Shown: positions 31,112 to 42,283, numbered from the stretch's first letter. The stretch: DNA of 64,000 nucleotides from Bacteroidales bacterium (GCA_022865305.1 JALHSP010000060.1:39515-103514), one strand, 5' to 3'. The notes: generated by a model not told the origin, from the letters alone. A program made the numbers and translations.

Positions 31112-31232
31112 ACCTCTCCCCACCCCTCGGCGTTGCTCGGGGTTGCCCCTCCCCCGGGAGGGAGGGGCTTAAAGACATACGTGATTCAACCTCCCCCGCT
31201 CTCCTGGGAGCGGGGGATAAGAGGGGGTGAGG
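31110..31232. repeat. G/C-rich double-hairpin element
   Basis: acctctcccc...gcccctcccc/gggaggggc...cccccgctc/gagcggggg...gggggtgagg. Confidence 0.75.
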
Positions 31233-31673
31233 CAAAATGCTGCAAAATGGAAGCTCGATCCTGCAAAGATCGGCATTATGGGCTTTTCAGCAGGTGGAAG
31301 CCTCAGCGCCCGGGCCAGCACTCTCTCCGGTAAAAAAACATATCCGCCCGTTGACGCATCAGACAGTCTCTCATGCAGGCCGGACTTTGCATTACTTATT
31401 TATCCTGCATATCTCGACCTGGGTGAAAACAGGACTCTCACCCCTGAACTGCAGTTAACAAAAGATACCCCTCCGATATTCATATTCCAGACAGCAGATG
31501 ATACTTATGGTAACAGCGCGCTTGTTATGACAACTGCTTTAAGAGACGCAAAGCTACCTGTTGAGCTGCATTATTTACCAAAGGGAGGACATGGATATGG
31601 TCTCAGACAGGGTAGTTTTGCCGGTACGACATGGCCGACTCTTGCTGAAAACTGGCTTAAGAGGATCTTTTAA
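31227..31673 (+). pseudogene. 5'-truncated alpha/beta hydrolase (carbohydrate esterase-like)
   Basis: Starts at VRQNAAKWKLDPAKIGIMGFSAGG (GxSxG), with ADD and GGHGYG; the N-terminal half is missing and the repeat element lies directly upstream. Confidence 0.8.
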
Positions 31674-31743
31674 CATTAAAAGAAGGTTTAAACATTTTTA
31701 AAAAGATTTTGTAACTTACATAAAATTTAATATTCAATTTACC

Positions 31744-32235
31744 ATGCACGACACAGCTAAAGAACCTGAATGTTGCCCTGTTTTTGATCCGGCACCATGG
31801 GATTACAAGACACACGAATGGGTTGATAAATTATTTATCAAAAAAAACCTGCCCCAGTTTTTACACATGCCGCTGCCCTTTATGTATGCCAGGGTTCTTG
31901 GCGGGATGTGGAAAAAAGCCCAGGATGCAGGAGCTGCACCAGAAATAAAAGATTTTCTTCTTTTGGCCTATGACCCTTCACCCTGGAAAAGTGAGCTTTA
32001 CATGAATGTCACTAAAGAGGTTCCGGAAGCTGAGAATGTTAAGCTTACAGGCACTTTTGTCAGCAAAGTATTTGACGGACCTTATAATCAAGTCCCAAAG
32101 TATCTAAATGAATTCAGAAGATACCTGACATTACTGGAAAAAAAGGCGAAAAAGTATTTTTTCTATTACACGACCTGTCCGAAATGCGCTAAGAAATACG
32201 GACATAACTACATTGTTGCATTTGCGGAAGTCTAA
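31744..32235 (+). CDS. Conserved hypothetical protein with Cys motifs
   Basis: ECCPVFDPAPWD...SKVFDGPY...YTTCPKCAKKYGHNY. Confidence 0.75.
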   Translation: MHDTAKEPECCPVFDPAPWDYKTHEWVDKLFIKKNLPQFLHMPLPFMYARVLGGMWKKAQDAGAAPEIKDFLLLAYDPSPWKSELYMNVTKEVPEAENVKLTGTFVSKVFDGPYNQVPKYLNEFRRYLTLLEKKAKKYFFYYTTCPKCAKKYGHNYIVAFAEV

Positions 32236-32391
32236 TTTTCAATTCTTTTTTCTGAAGTACAGGCATTTATTAAGATTGTAAAGCAATCTCCTGACAAACT
32301 TTTACAAATGAAATAACCATCAGGTAAAGAACGCCGTTTGTAAAAAGATCTTTAATAAATTAGTGATATTCAACTATTAAATTTTTCAATT

Positions 32392-35300
32392 ATGACAGTT
32401 TTTACTGGAAGCAATAAAAAAAATTTAGTAAAAGTTTCTTCTCTTTTACTTTCGATGACATGTATTATTCTTTTAAATTGTTCCGGCCCTCTGAAAGATG
32501 CCGGAGTTAATCTTGAAGCCGGATTTCAGAATCCTCCCGAAAGTGCAAAGCCACGAGTATGGTGGCACTGGATGAATGGCAACATCAGCAAGGAAGGTAT
32601 AAGAGCTGATCTTGAGTGGATGAAACGAATTGGTATCGGCGGTTTTCAGAATTTTGATGCTGGCCTCGCTTCACCGCAAGTGGTGGAAAAAAGGTTAATT
32701 TATATGACACCGGAATGGAAAGATGCGTTCCTCTTTACAACAAGACTGGCTGATTCGCTGGGATTGGAAATGGCTATCGCCGGTTCCCCCGGATGGAGCG
32801 AGAGTGGTGGCCCCTGGGTTACTCCTGCACAGGCAATGAAAAAACTTGTATGGAGTGAAGTCAGGATAGAGGGAGGAAAACCTTTCACAGGAACTTTGCC
32901 CAGACCACCATCTACTACCGGGTCATTTCAAAATATTCCTGGCCAGAGCAGGAGAGATCCTTCTTCGCCACCCCAGGCTGAATATTATGCTGATGCCGCA
33001 GTCGTTGCCTATAAGATTCCCGTAAATGATTTGTCTCTCTCCGAACTGAATCCGAAGGTAACATCCAGCAATAGCAAGTTTGAACTCTCTACCCTTATTG
33101 ATGGTGATCTCACAAATTCAACCTTCCTGCCGGCAGCAAAACCAAATAAAACAGCATGGATTCAGTTTGAATTTTCCAAACCGGTTACTGTTCAATCATT
33201 AACACTTGTCAGCAACGAAACCGGTGTTAATTATTCCGGATTGGGTGGCTCCGGGAATAATAGAATTCTGGAGGCATCTGACAATGGCAGACAATTCAAA
33301 ACAGTTTTTGAGATTCCCGGAATCGGTAATATGCAACGGACTTTTTCATTTGCACCTGCGACAAACAGGTTTTTCCGGATCACATTCAAAACTCCGCCAC
33401 CCAGGGAAAGACCAGGATTATCTGCCATGTTCAGCGGTCCACCACCTCCAGGATCTTTACAGCCAGCAGGAATCCGAATCGCTGAAGTCATTCTTCATTC
33501 AGTAGTACATGTAAACCGTTTTGAGGATAAAGCAGGATTTTCAGCAGCTACCAGATTATATACAATGGCCACATCTCCAATCTCTGCTGCAGATGCTGTT
33601 AATAAATCTGAAATAATTGACCTGACATTAAAAATGCATCCGGATGGCACGCTTGACTGGACACCTCCGGAGGGACGCTGGGGAATAATTCGCTTTGGCT
33701 ATTCCCTGACAGGCCATCAGAATTCACCTGCTTCACCTGAAGCAACAGGACTCGAGGTTGATAAACTCAACGCAAATCATGTCAAAGCCTATTTCGATAA
33801 TTATCTTGATCAGTATAAAGATGCAACAGGCGGTCTTATGGGTAAGAGAGGCCTGCAGTACATAATTACCGATAGCTGGGAAGCAGGTGTACAAAACTGG
33901 ACTGATAGTATGATAGTTGAGTTCTCCAGGCATCGTGGTTATGATATGCTGCCATGGATGCCTGTTCTGACAGGACTTATAGTTGAAAGTGCTGAGGCAA
34001 GTGAACGATTCCTGTGGGATTTCAGGAAAACAATTGCAGATCTGACAGCAGAAAATCACTATGACCAGTTGACCACTATTCTGCACAATCGGGGGATGGG
34101 TCGTTACACTGAATCGCATGAAGGTGGTCGCGCCTTTATCGGTGACGGTATGGAAGTTAAACAGAAAGCCGACATTCCTATGAGTGCTACATGGACTCCG
34201 GGAGGCTTTGATGGTGATGAAAATGCAGGAGTAGCTACACGTTATAAAGCTGATGTACTCGAATCAGCCTCTGTAGCCCACATTTACGGGCAGAATCTTG
34301 TCGCAGCCGAATCAATGACAGCTATCGGCAATACCTGGGCTTTCTCACCTGAGAGGTTGAAACCCACAGCCGACATGGAACTGGCTATGGGACTGAATCG
34401 TTTTGTTATCCATACATCCGTACATCAGCCTGTTTCGGATAAAATACCCGGCCTGGGTCTGGGACCATTCGGTCAGTGGTTCACCAGGCATGAAACATGG
34501 GCTGAACTGGCAAAACCCTGGACAACTTACCTTGCCCGTAACTCATTTATGCTGCAACGGGGGAAATTCGTAGCCGATATCATATATTATTATGGGGAGG
34601 ACAATAACATCACAGCATTGTTCGGAGAAAAACTTCCGGATATACCTGAAGGGTTCAATTATGATTTTATTAATAGTGATGCTCTTTTGAATTCCCTTTC
34701 TGTGGAAAACGGGCTTATTGTAACTCCAGGTGGAATGAGTTACCGCCTCCTGGTTCTCGATCAAAACAGTCGTCATATGCCATTACCGGTCCTCCTTAAA
34801 ATCCGTGATATGGTGGAAGGAGGCGCTGTTGTTGCAGGTCCAAAACCAGTAGATTCACCAAGCCTAAGTGATGACCAAAGTGAATTTCAGGCAGTCGTAA
34901 GTCAGCTCTGGAAAACAGAAAATGGAGAGAACAGTATCGGTATGGGGAAAATATATACCGGAAAAACAGTGGCTGAAGTGCTGGCTGCAATGCAATTAAC
35001 TCCCGATTTTGATTATACAAAACCAGAAGATAATACAAGCCTTCTGTTTGTCCATCGTAAATTGTTAAAAGCCGATATTTATTGGGTCAATAACCGGCAT
35101 AACCGCGAGGAAAACCTGGAAGCCATTTTCAGAGTCAAAGGTAAAATTGCTGAGGTTTGGCATCCTGAAACAGGCAAAATAGAACAGGTCTCTTATGCTA
35201 TTGAAGGTGACCGTACCAGAGTACCATTGCGTCTTGCACCGAATGATGCAGTATTTGTTGTATTCTACAAAGCCGCCAGAAAAACTTCATTCAATGTACC

Positions 35301-35808
35301 GAAAACAACTGAAAATAACCTTATTACAATCAAAGGTGCCTGGGACGTAAGCTTTCAGCCAAACCGCGGAGCACCTTCTGAAATCACCCTCGATACTCTA
35401 GTTTCCTGGAGTGAAAACCCTGATACAGGAGTAAAATATTTCTCAGGAACCGGAATCTATACAAAGAATATTCAGGCTCCCGAAAACTGGTTTAAGGAAG
35501 GTGATCAACTTTGGCTGGATCTGGGAACAGTAAAAAATCTTGCAGAAGTCCTGGTCAACGGAAAATCCCTTGGAATTGTCTGGAAAAAACCTTTCCGCGT
35601 GGATATAACTGATGCAATAAAACCTGGTAAAAACACACTTGAAGTAAAGGTAACCAACCTGTGGGTAAACAGGCTTATAGGTGATCAGCAGCCAGATATT
35701 ACTAAGAAATATACATATACAACTCAGGCATTTTACAGGACTGATTCACCACTGTTGCCATCAGGATTACTGGGGCCTGTACAAATCGTGAGCTTGTCAG
35801 CAAAATAG
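32392..35808 (+). CDS. Glycoside hydrolase family 106 (alpha-L-rhamnosidase-like)
   Basis: FQNPPESAKPRVWWHWMNGNI, GWSESGGPWV, GLEVDKL, TDSWEAG, AAESMT, PSGLLGPV. Confidence 0.88.
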   Translation: MTVFTGSNKKNLVKVSSLLLSMTCIILLNCSGPLKDAGVNLEAGFQNPPESAKPRVWWHWMNGNISKEGIRADLEWMKRIGIGGFQNFDAGLASPQVVEKRLIYMTPEWKDAFLFTTRLADSLGLEMAIAGSPGWSESGGPWVTPAQAMKKLVWSEVRIEGGKPFTGTLPRPPSTTGSFQNIPGQSRRDPSSPPQAEYYADAAVVAYKIPVNDLSLSELNPKVTSSNSKFELSTLIDGDLTNSTFLPAAKPNKTAWIQFEFSKPVTVQSLTLVSNETGVNYSGLGGSGNNRILEASDNGRQFKTVFEIPGIGNMQRTFSFAPATNRFFRITFKTPPPRERPGLSAMFSGPPPPGSLQPAGIRIAEVILHSVVHVNRFEDKAGFSAATRLYTMATSPISAADAVNKSEIIDLTLKMHPDGTLDWTPPEGRWGIIRFGYSLTGHQNSPASPEATGLEVDKLNANHVKAYFDNYLDQYKDATGGLMGKRGLQYIITDSWEAGVQNWTDSMIVEFSRHRGYDMLPWMPVLTGLIVESAEASERFLWDFRKTIADLTAENHYDQLTTILHNRGMGRYTESHEGGRAFIGDGMEVKQKADIPMSATWTPGGFDGDENAGVATRYKADVLESASVAHIYGQNLVAAESMTAIGNTWAFSPERLKPTADMELAMGLNRFVIHTSVHQPVSDKIPGLGLGPFGQWFTRHETWAELAKPWTTYLARNSFMLQRGKFVADIIYYYGEDNNITALFGEKLPDIPEGFNYDFINSDALLNSLSVENGLIVTPGGMSYRLLVLDQNSRHMPLPVLLKIRDMVEGGAVVAGPKPVDSPSLSDDQSEFQAVVSQLWKTENGENSIGMGKIYTGKTVAEVLAAMQLTPDFDYTKPEDNTSLLFVHRKLLKADIYWVNNRHNREENLEAIFRVKGKIAEVWHPETGKIEQVSYAIEGDRTRVPLRLAPNDAVFVVFYKAARKTSFNVPKTTENNLITIKGAWDVSFQPNRGAPSEITLDTLVSWSENPDTGVKYFSGTGIYTKNIQAPENWFKEGDQLWLDLGTVKNLAEVLVNGKSLGIVWKKPFRVDITDAIKPGKNTLEVKVTNLWVNRLIGDQQPDITKKYTYTTQAFYRTDSPLLPSGLLGPVQIVSLSAK

Positions 35809-35835
35809 GTAAGATGGTTAAAATAATCCAAATAA

Positions 35836-36777
35836 ATGAGTGTACCCACTCCTGAAACTATAATTAAAATTACTGGTCTGAAAAAATCCTTCAAAGACCT
35901 TGCCGCTGTAGATAATATTTCATTTGAAGTCTGTAAAGGTGAAATATTTGGATTATTAGGCCCCAATGGCGCAGGTAAAACGACAACCATTAATATGATT
36001 TGCGGATTATTGCCTGCTTCCGATGGTAAAATCGATTTTCAATCCCGTGAATTAAAAGAAATCAAATCACTTATTGGTTATTGCCCGCAGGAAAATATTT
36101 ATTTCCCGAAGCTGACTTGTTTTGAGCAGCTTGTATTTATGGGTAATCTCTATGATATACCGTCTGACAGGTGCAGGGAAAGAGCCATGGGATTACTGGA
36201 GATGCTTGGATTAATCAACAAATCAAAAGTTTGTGCCAAAAATCTTTCTGGTGGAATGAAAAGACGTCTGAATATTGCCCTGGCGCTGATTCATGACCCC
36301 GGGATCCTGATACTGGATGAACCTGAAGCTGGTCTTGATCCGCAAAGCAGGGTCCTTGTCCGTAATTTTATTAAATCTCTTTCAAAAGAAAAAACCATTA
36401 TCCTTACCAGCCATAATATGGATGAAGTAGATCGGCTGGCTGACAGAGTAGCAATAATGGATTACGGGAAAATTATGCTGATTGATACACCATATAATCT
36501 TAAGAATTCAATTGGCGAAGGGGATGTTCTTGAAATTGAAATTATTGAAGAATCCGCAGATAAAACAGCCGCACTTATATCGGTTTTAAAACATGAATAT
36601 AATATTATTCAAAGTGGTAACTTATTGATAATAAAAGCTATACATCTAATTGACAAAATACATGGCATAACCTCATCTATAAAAGAGGCCGGATTTACAA
36701 TTAAAGAGACAAAGCTGAGGGAAAATACACTCGAGGATGTTTTTATACACCTGACCGGGAGAATGTTAAGACAATGA
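35836..36777 (+). CDS. ABC-2 exporter ATP-binding protein
   Basis: GPNGAGKTT, LSGGMKRR, ILDEP. Confidence 0.95.
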   Translation: MSVPTPETIIKITGLKKSFKDLAAVDNISFEVCKGEIFGLLGPNGAGKTTTINMICGLLPASDGKIDFQSRELKEIKSLIGYCPQENIYFPKLTCFEQLVFMGNLYDIPSDRCRERAMGLLEMLGLINKSKVCAKNLSGGMKRRLNIALALIHDPGILILDEPEAGLDPQSRVLVRNFIKSLSKEKTIILTSHNMDEVDRLADRVAIMDYGKIMLIDTPYNLKNSIGEGDVLEIEIIEESADKTAALISVLKHEYNIIQSGNLLIIKAIHLIDKIHGITSSIKEAGFTIKETKLRENTLEDVFIHLTGRMLRQ

Positions 36778-37940
36778 AACTGCTCAGTATAATAATAAAA
36801 AGTCTTAAGGAACAGTGGAGGAGCTTCTGGATCCTTATTCTGACCCTGTCCATGGGACCTTTCTTTATTTTTGTCTATTACCTTATTATTGAAACCTCAA
36901 AACCACATTATGACGTTGCAATTATAAACAACGACAAAGGATACATTCTCAGATCAGAGCCTCTTAATAAAGGAGAAGAGTTTATACTGTTTTTTACCGG
37001 CAGTGTAAAAGACTCTGTAAATATGCCGTTTTTCATAAAGAAAGCACATGATAAAACTGATGTACTTCAGTCTCTTAAAAACAAAAAGACAGATGCCCTG
37101 GTAATCATACCGGAAGATTTTTCGGAACATCTTGTAAAACAGCAAGATGGAGATAGCACCACACCGGCAGAAATCCAATTCTACGGAGATCTTACAAATG
37201 TAAACTATCTCTTAAGCGCTTTGTGGGCAAATGAAACAATGAACTCATTTATTAAAGTGTCCACAGGATCTGAAGATTTAATTAAAATATCTGAAACAGG
37301 GATAGGCACCTCTTCAAACATTTCCGATTTTGATATGATAGTACCGGGACTTCTTATATTATCAGTAATAATGCTGATGTTCACAGCAACCATTGCATTC
37401 ATTTCGGAAGTGGAAAATAAAACAATAATCAGGCTCAAACTTTCACGGATTTCAACATTTGAATTTATTACAGGAATAACAGCTGTCCAGATAATTGTAG
37501 GGATAATATCAATTCTCCTGACACTATTAACAGCTGTAATTCTGGGTTTTGAGTTCCACGGATCTGCTGCAGTATTTATCCTCATTGCCATTCTGACAAG
37601 CATTTCTATGATAGCTTTCAGTCTTATCATTGCAGCTCTTACCAAAACAGCTAATGAGGTACTGATTGTCGGTAACTTTCCCCTGTTCCTATTTATGTTT
37701 TTTACAGGTGCAGCATTTCCTTTCAGAAGCGAAGGCTTATTTTCTCTTTTCGGGTATCCCGTTACCCTTCAGGGATTAATGTCGCCGACACATGCAATCT
37801 CTGCCCTTAATAAGATCATGATAATGCAGATGAAACTTGGTGATATTATCCCGGAAATAATAGCTCTTATCATATTGACTGTCATTTATTTCCTGACTGG
37901 TATAATTTTATACCGGAAAAGGCATATGACATTAAAATAA
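36774..37940 (+). CDS. ABC-2 exporter permease
   Basis: N-terminal TM, extracytoplasmic domain, C-terminal TMs; ATGA overlap with the ATPase gene. Confidence 0.9.
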   Translation: MKLLSIIIKSLKEQWRSFWILILTLSMGPFFIFVYYLIIETSKPHYDVAIINNDKGYILRSEPLNKGEEFILFFTGSVKDSVNMPFFIKKAHDKTDVLQSLKNKKTDALVIIPEDFSEHLVKQQDGDSTTPAEIQFYGDLTNVNYLLSALWANETMNSFIKVSTGSEDLIKISETGIGTSSNISDFDMIVPGLLILSVIMLMFTATIAFISEVENKTIIRLKLSRISTFEFITGITAVQIIVGIISILLTLLTAVILGFEFHGSAAVFILIAILTSISMIAFSLIIAALTKTANEVLIVGNFPLFLFMFFTGAAFPFRSEGLFSLFGYPVTLQGLMSPTHAISALNKIMIMQMKLGDIIPEIIALIILTVIYFLTGIILYRKRHMTLK

Positions 37941-37972
37941 TTAATGAGGAAGTCTGAATAAGCCTGTCACCC

Positions 37973-38587
37973 TTAAAATGCGTTTCTCCGGTTTTTTATG
38001 GCTTTAATGATAAGATACAAAACAAAACCTACTCCCACGGCAAGCAGAATATATTTTAAATACGGGAATATCTGTTCCCTGATCTCAAACAAAAAATAAC
38101 CGATTATAGCCAGTATAATATTCCATAATCCTGCGCCGATAAAAGTATACAGTATGAAATCACGCAGATTCATTTTTGACAACCCGGCAGGTATTGAAAT
38201 AAGATGACGGAGACCCAGCACAAGACGTCCGATAAATGTTGATGATTTCCCATTCCTTTTAAAGTAATCCTCCGCATGAATTACTTTCTCTTTGGATAAA
38301 AGAAATACTCTCCCCAGCTTTGAATCGGCAAACTTATAAACCAGTGGACGCCCAAGGTAATATGCAAGAGAATAATTTATCAGTGAACCGCAGAGAGCAC
38401 CGATAGTTCCTGCCAGAATCACTATAAAAACATTCAGGTCGCCCTGGGCAGCCTTGTATGCTGCGAAAGGTATAACTACTTCAGATGGTAAAGGCAAAAA
38501 AGTACTTTCGATTGTCATCAGCAGGGCAATCGTAAAATAATTCAGGTTGGCCATGTACCAATCCAGCAGGGTTTGAATAAACTCCAT
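37973..38587 (-). CDS. DedA family membrane protein
   Basis: IESTFLPLPSEVVIP, FIGRLV.GLRHLISIPAG. Confidence 0.92.
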   Translation of the reverse strand: MEFIQTLLDWYMANLNYFTIALLMTIESTFLPLPSEVVIPFAAYKAAQGDLNVFIVILAGTIGALCGSLINYSLAYYLGRPLVYKFADSKLGRVFLLSKEKVIHAEDYFKRNGKSSTFIGRLVLGLRHLISIPAGLSKMNLRDFILYTFIGAGLWNIILAIIGYFLFEIREQIFPYLKYILLAVGVGFVLYLIIKAIKNRRNAF

Positions 38588-38641
38588 TATTTCAAAAACT
38601 TATTTGAGGCGTCAAAGATAATAATAAAGTATTCCCTTTCT

Positions 38642-40621
38642 TTATTTTTTATAACCCAGGGTCATCACGTTTACCGACCTTGGATCGAGATTTGTGCTGA
38701 TCTTTCTGCCGGCAACGGTTACAGTACTGAAAGCAGGGTATACGCGCTTTGGATTTACTATAGTATTATACTCATATAATTTCTTTGACTTCAGTGTTTC
38801 GATCTCCCCGTTTTTCAGGATTGAAAGCCCTTCGAGGTTTATCCTGATATTTTTTGATGAGGATGAAACATTTACAAGCTTAATATAAACTTTAGCATTG
38901 TTCTTATCGATCGAAGCACTGGCATACAGGCTGTCGGCACCAATGAGCGGCTTGCCTGCTTCCAGAACAGGTATTACCTGGGTACCCCTGTGGGTGGAGA
39001 ACATTTTCTGAACATAATAATTCGGGGTTCCAATAGTCTGAAGATTATCAAACCAGATAAGGTCAGGACGCCATTGCCACGCATCTACATGAGCCAGCAA
39101 AGGAGCATATGATGCCATATTTACCACCTCAGCATTTCTCTCAAGACCGGTCATGAATGCAGCTTCTGCCAGTGCGCTGAACCATGTATTGCGTGACTCG
39201 GATTCAGTTGTATCTCTGTCATGAGCTGCAAATTCACCGGCAAAAACTTTTATGCTTTTTCTGTCATAGTTGTCATAGCGGTTTGCATTCTTCAAAAACC
39301 ATTCCGGAGGCATATAATAGTGCTCATCAATAAGTGCCGGGCTGAGCTTTTTCAATTCTGACCATGCATATTCGAAATAGCGTCCTGCAGAGCTTGGCCC
39401 GGAACCTGAAACGATTTTAATGTCAGGGTGTTTTTGCTTTATCACCTTTTCAAACTCTTTGTATCGCTCAATGTATTGCTCTTCCCATTGTTCATTACCA
39501 ATGCCGATAAATTTAAGATTGAATGGTTCAGGGTGTCCCATTGAAGCTCTTAATTTACCCCATTTTGTTGTAACTGCCCCATTGGCAAATTCGATCAGAT
39601 CAAGTGCATCCTGAATATAGGGATCCAGCTCATTCAGAGGAACTACTTCACCGGCATTGTACTGGCACGACATTCCACAGTTCAGAATCGGAAGTGGTTC
39701 TGCTCCGAAATCTTCAGATAACTGGAAATATTCATAAAATCCGAGGCCGAATGTCTGGAAATAATCCGGAGCCTGACGGTCCCGTATCTCCATATTCCAG
39801 CGGTTTATGATCATTTTTCGTGCCTCAACAGGACCAACTGTAGTTTTCCATTGATAACGGTTTGTAAGATCCCTGCCCTCAACGATACATCCTCCGGGGA
39901 AACGGACAAATCCCGGTTTCAAATCGGCGATCATCTGAACAATATCTTTTCTTAAACCACCTGCTCTGTCTTTCCACGTATCTGACGGAAAAAGTGAAAC
40001 CATATCAAGATCAATTGATCCTGTTCCGGTAAATAGAAGGCGAAGAAGCGCTTCAGGCTCTGTCCCTGTAGCTTTAAATGAGGTCCGGTGATTTTCCCAT
40101 GTGGTGGTAAATCCTTCAAGTTCAGTCCCTCCAAGGATCTCACCTTTTGAATTCAGCAGTTCAACCTTCAGCTTAAGGTTTGAATTTGGTGATATCTTCG
40201 CTGATACAGAAAAGTTATATTGATTATCCTTTTTTATGCCCATTCCGCGGAATCCCTCGTTTGTTAAACCGAATGCTCCGTTTGGCGCATCAATAAAAAC
40301 AGTTATATAATGGGGATTGGCGCTGTTTGCCGGTGAATAAAATGTAGGGACAACCCTGCCATTACCGTTCTGACGAACCTGTCTCCAACCCATCATCGGC
40401 AATGAAAACTCAAATGATCTGTTCTTTACCAGCTCTGCATAAATTCCTCCGTCAGCTGCAAAATTTATGTCTTCAAAAAAAACACCCCACATTGTAGGCT
40501 GAATATCTGCCACAGGCTTATTGGCAAGAATCGATATTTCATTTAACTGCTGAGCAGATAATGTAACAAATAACATTACGGTTAAAAACAGACATAACCA
40601 GTGTTTAAGATATTTTCTCAT
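38642..40621 (-). CDS. GH51 alpha-L-arabinofuranosidase with CBM-like N-terminus
   Basis: FFEDINFAADGGIYAELVKNRSFE, RFPGGC, IGIGNEQW, DEHYY, FAGEFA. Confidence 0.92.
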   Translation of the reverse strand: MRKYLKHWLCLFLTVMLFVTLSAQQLNEISILANKPVADIQPTMWGVFFEDINFAADGGIYAELVKNRSFEFSLPMMGWRQVRQNGNGRVVPTFYSPANSANPHYITVFIDAPNGAFGLTNEGFRGMGIKKDNQYNFSVSAKISPNSNLKLKVELLNSKGEILGGTELEGFTTTWENHRTSFKATGTEPEALLRLLFTGTGSIDLDMVSLFPSDTWKDRAGGLRKDIVQMIADLKPGFVRFPGGCIVEGRDLTNRYQWKTTVGPVEARKMIINRWNMEIRDRQAPDYFQTFGLGFYEYFQLSEDFGAEPLPILNCGMSCQYNAGEVVPLNELDPYIQDALDLIEFANGAVTTKWGKLRASMGHPEPFNLKFIGIGNEQWEEQYIERYKEFEKVIKQKHPDIKIVSGSGPSSAGRYFEYAWSELKKLSPALIDEHYYMPPEWFLKNANRYDNYDRKSIKVFAGEFAAHDRDTTESESRNTWFSALAEAAFMTGLERNAEVVNMASYAPLLAHVDAWQWRPDLIWFDNLQTIGTPNYYVQKMFSTHRGTQVIPVLEAGKPLIGADSLYASASIDKNNAKVYIKLVNVSSSSKNIRINLEGLSILKNGEIETLKSKKLYEYNTIVNPKRVYPAFSTVTVAGRKISTNLDPRSVNVMTLGYKK

Positions 40622-40663
40622 TGTCGGGAAATATTTTGATTCAATTATATGTTTATCTGAAGT

Positions 40664-42283
40664 TTATTTGATAGTAAGCAAAACGACCGATTTCGAAGGT
40701 AGTACAACATTCAGCAGATCTCCCTGCTTTCTGGCTCCGTCAAATTTTGCAATTGCAACTGTGTTTGGTTTGTCAAACGTGTTGATGTCTGTAATTTTTG
40801 CAGAAGTCAGGACCTGGCCTGTAACTGCTGACCATTTGACCTGGTTTAAGGTTGTGCTTAAAGTAATTGACTTGTTGGGATCAATGTTGACAAGTGTAAT
40901 ATGTACAACACCAGTTGAATCCATAGAAGCTGAAACATTAAGCGCCGGAAGTTTCTGGTCTCCAAGGACATAATCAGGGCTTGTGAATTTTACAGGCAGC
41001 ATTTTAGCGTCCTGGTGCACTTTGTAAAGATCAAAAACATGATACGTGGGTGTAAGTATCATCTTTGAACCTTCAGTAAGTATCACTGCCTGAAGCACAT
41101 TGATTGTCTGTGCAAGCTGTGCCATTTTAACCCTGTCGCAATGATTATTGAATATGTTCAATGTAGAACCGGCAATGATAGCATCACGAAGGCTGTTCTG
41201 CTGATAAAGGAATCTGGGATTTGTTCCCGGTTCCTGGTCAGTCCAAATACCCCATTCACCGATAACCAGGGCTACCCTCTTCAGTGAATCATATTCTGTC
41301 ATTACCGCATCATGCCCTTTGATGATTTCATCAATGCGGAGAGCATTCTGCATAGTTCCGAAATAAGTCGCTTCTGTGAAATTGGTTGCCGAGCCCTGGC
41401 TCTGGACCGCGACAGGTGGTTGAGCAGGTGCTCCCTGTGCATTCACAGGCCTCGGACCCTGTCCCATTCTGCCTCTCGGCGGACGCGTGTAATAGTGCAC
41501 ATCCATTCCCCACATCATGCTTCTTCCTCCTCCTCCTGCCAGACCCTGCATCAAAACATCAGTCCACTGATAATTCGAAGAATTTGCTCCGCTGGCTATT
41601 TTTCTCAGCATTGTTCCCGGGTAGTTTTTTGCAAATGATGAATATTGCCTGAATTGCGTTACATAGTATTCAGCCGTCATGTTACCGCCGCAGCCCCAAT
41701 TCTCATTGCCAATACCCCAGAAGGAGACTCCCCATGGTTTTTCATGCCCATTTTGCTTTCTCATATTTGTCATCGGGCTTATCCCGTCGTAGTTGAGATA
41801 TTCAATCCACTTGCTCATCTCTTCGACTGAACCGCTTCCAAGGTTTCCGACAATGACAGGCTCTGTATTAAGCAGTTCACAAAGCTGGAGGAATTCATGC
41901 GTACCGAAGCTATTATCTTCGGTGACGTTCCCCCAGTTGGTATTTATCATTGTAGGACGCTGATTCCTCGGGCCAATGCCATCACGCCAGTGATATTCAT
42001 CGGCAAAGCATCCACCAGGCCATCTCAGGTTTGGTATCTGAATCTTTTTCAGCGCTTCAACAATATCAAGACGGATACGGTCCTGTTTCGGTACAGGCAT
42101 GCTTTCATTCACCCAGTAACCATCATATATACATCTCCCGAGATGTTCCGAGAAATGACCATAAATGTGACGGTTTATAGTATATTTCGACGCTCCTGCA
42201 TCAACAACCAGGGCCACAGACGACTGACCAAAAACACTAAAGTTAATGGCCAGTACAAATAAAATCAGTGCTGTTTTTTTCAT
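40664..42283 (-). CDS. GH51 alpha-L-arabinofuranosidase
   Basis: IYGHFSEHLG, LRWPGGCFADEYHW, WGIGNENWGCGG, AQTINVLQ. Confidence 0.93.
   Translation of the reverse strand: MKKTALILFVLAINFSVFGQSSVALVVDAGASKYTINRHIYGHFSEHLGRCIYDGYWVNESMPVPKQDRIRLDIVEALKKIQIPNLRWPGGCFADEYHWRDGIGPRNQRPTMINTNWGNVTEDNSFGTHEFLQLCELLNTEPVIVGNLGSGSVEEMSKWIEYLNYDGISPMTNMRKQNGHEKPWGVSFWGIGNENWGCGGNMTAEYYVTQFRQYSSFAKNYPGTMLRKIASGANSSNYQWTDVLMQGLAGGGGRSMMWGMDVHYYTRPPRGRMGQGPRPVNAQGAPAQPPVAVQSQGSATNFTEATYFGTMQNALRIDEIIKGHDAVMTEYDSLKRVALVIGEWGIWTDQEPGTNPRFLYQQNSLRDAIIAGSTLNIFNNHCDRVKMAQLAQTINVLQAVILTEGSKMILTPTYHVFDLYKVHQDAKMLPVKFTSPDYVLGDQKLPALNVSASMDSTGVVHITLVNIDPNKSITLSTTLNQVKWSAVTGQVLTSAKITDINTFDKPNTVAIAKFDGARKQGDLLNVVLPSKSVVLLTIK

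Noticed and set aside
31133-31333. 66-aa ORF overlapping the hairpin element
   Set aside because: Pro/Gly-rich translation of the G/C repeat; not a credible gene.
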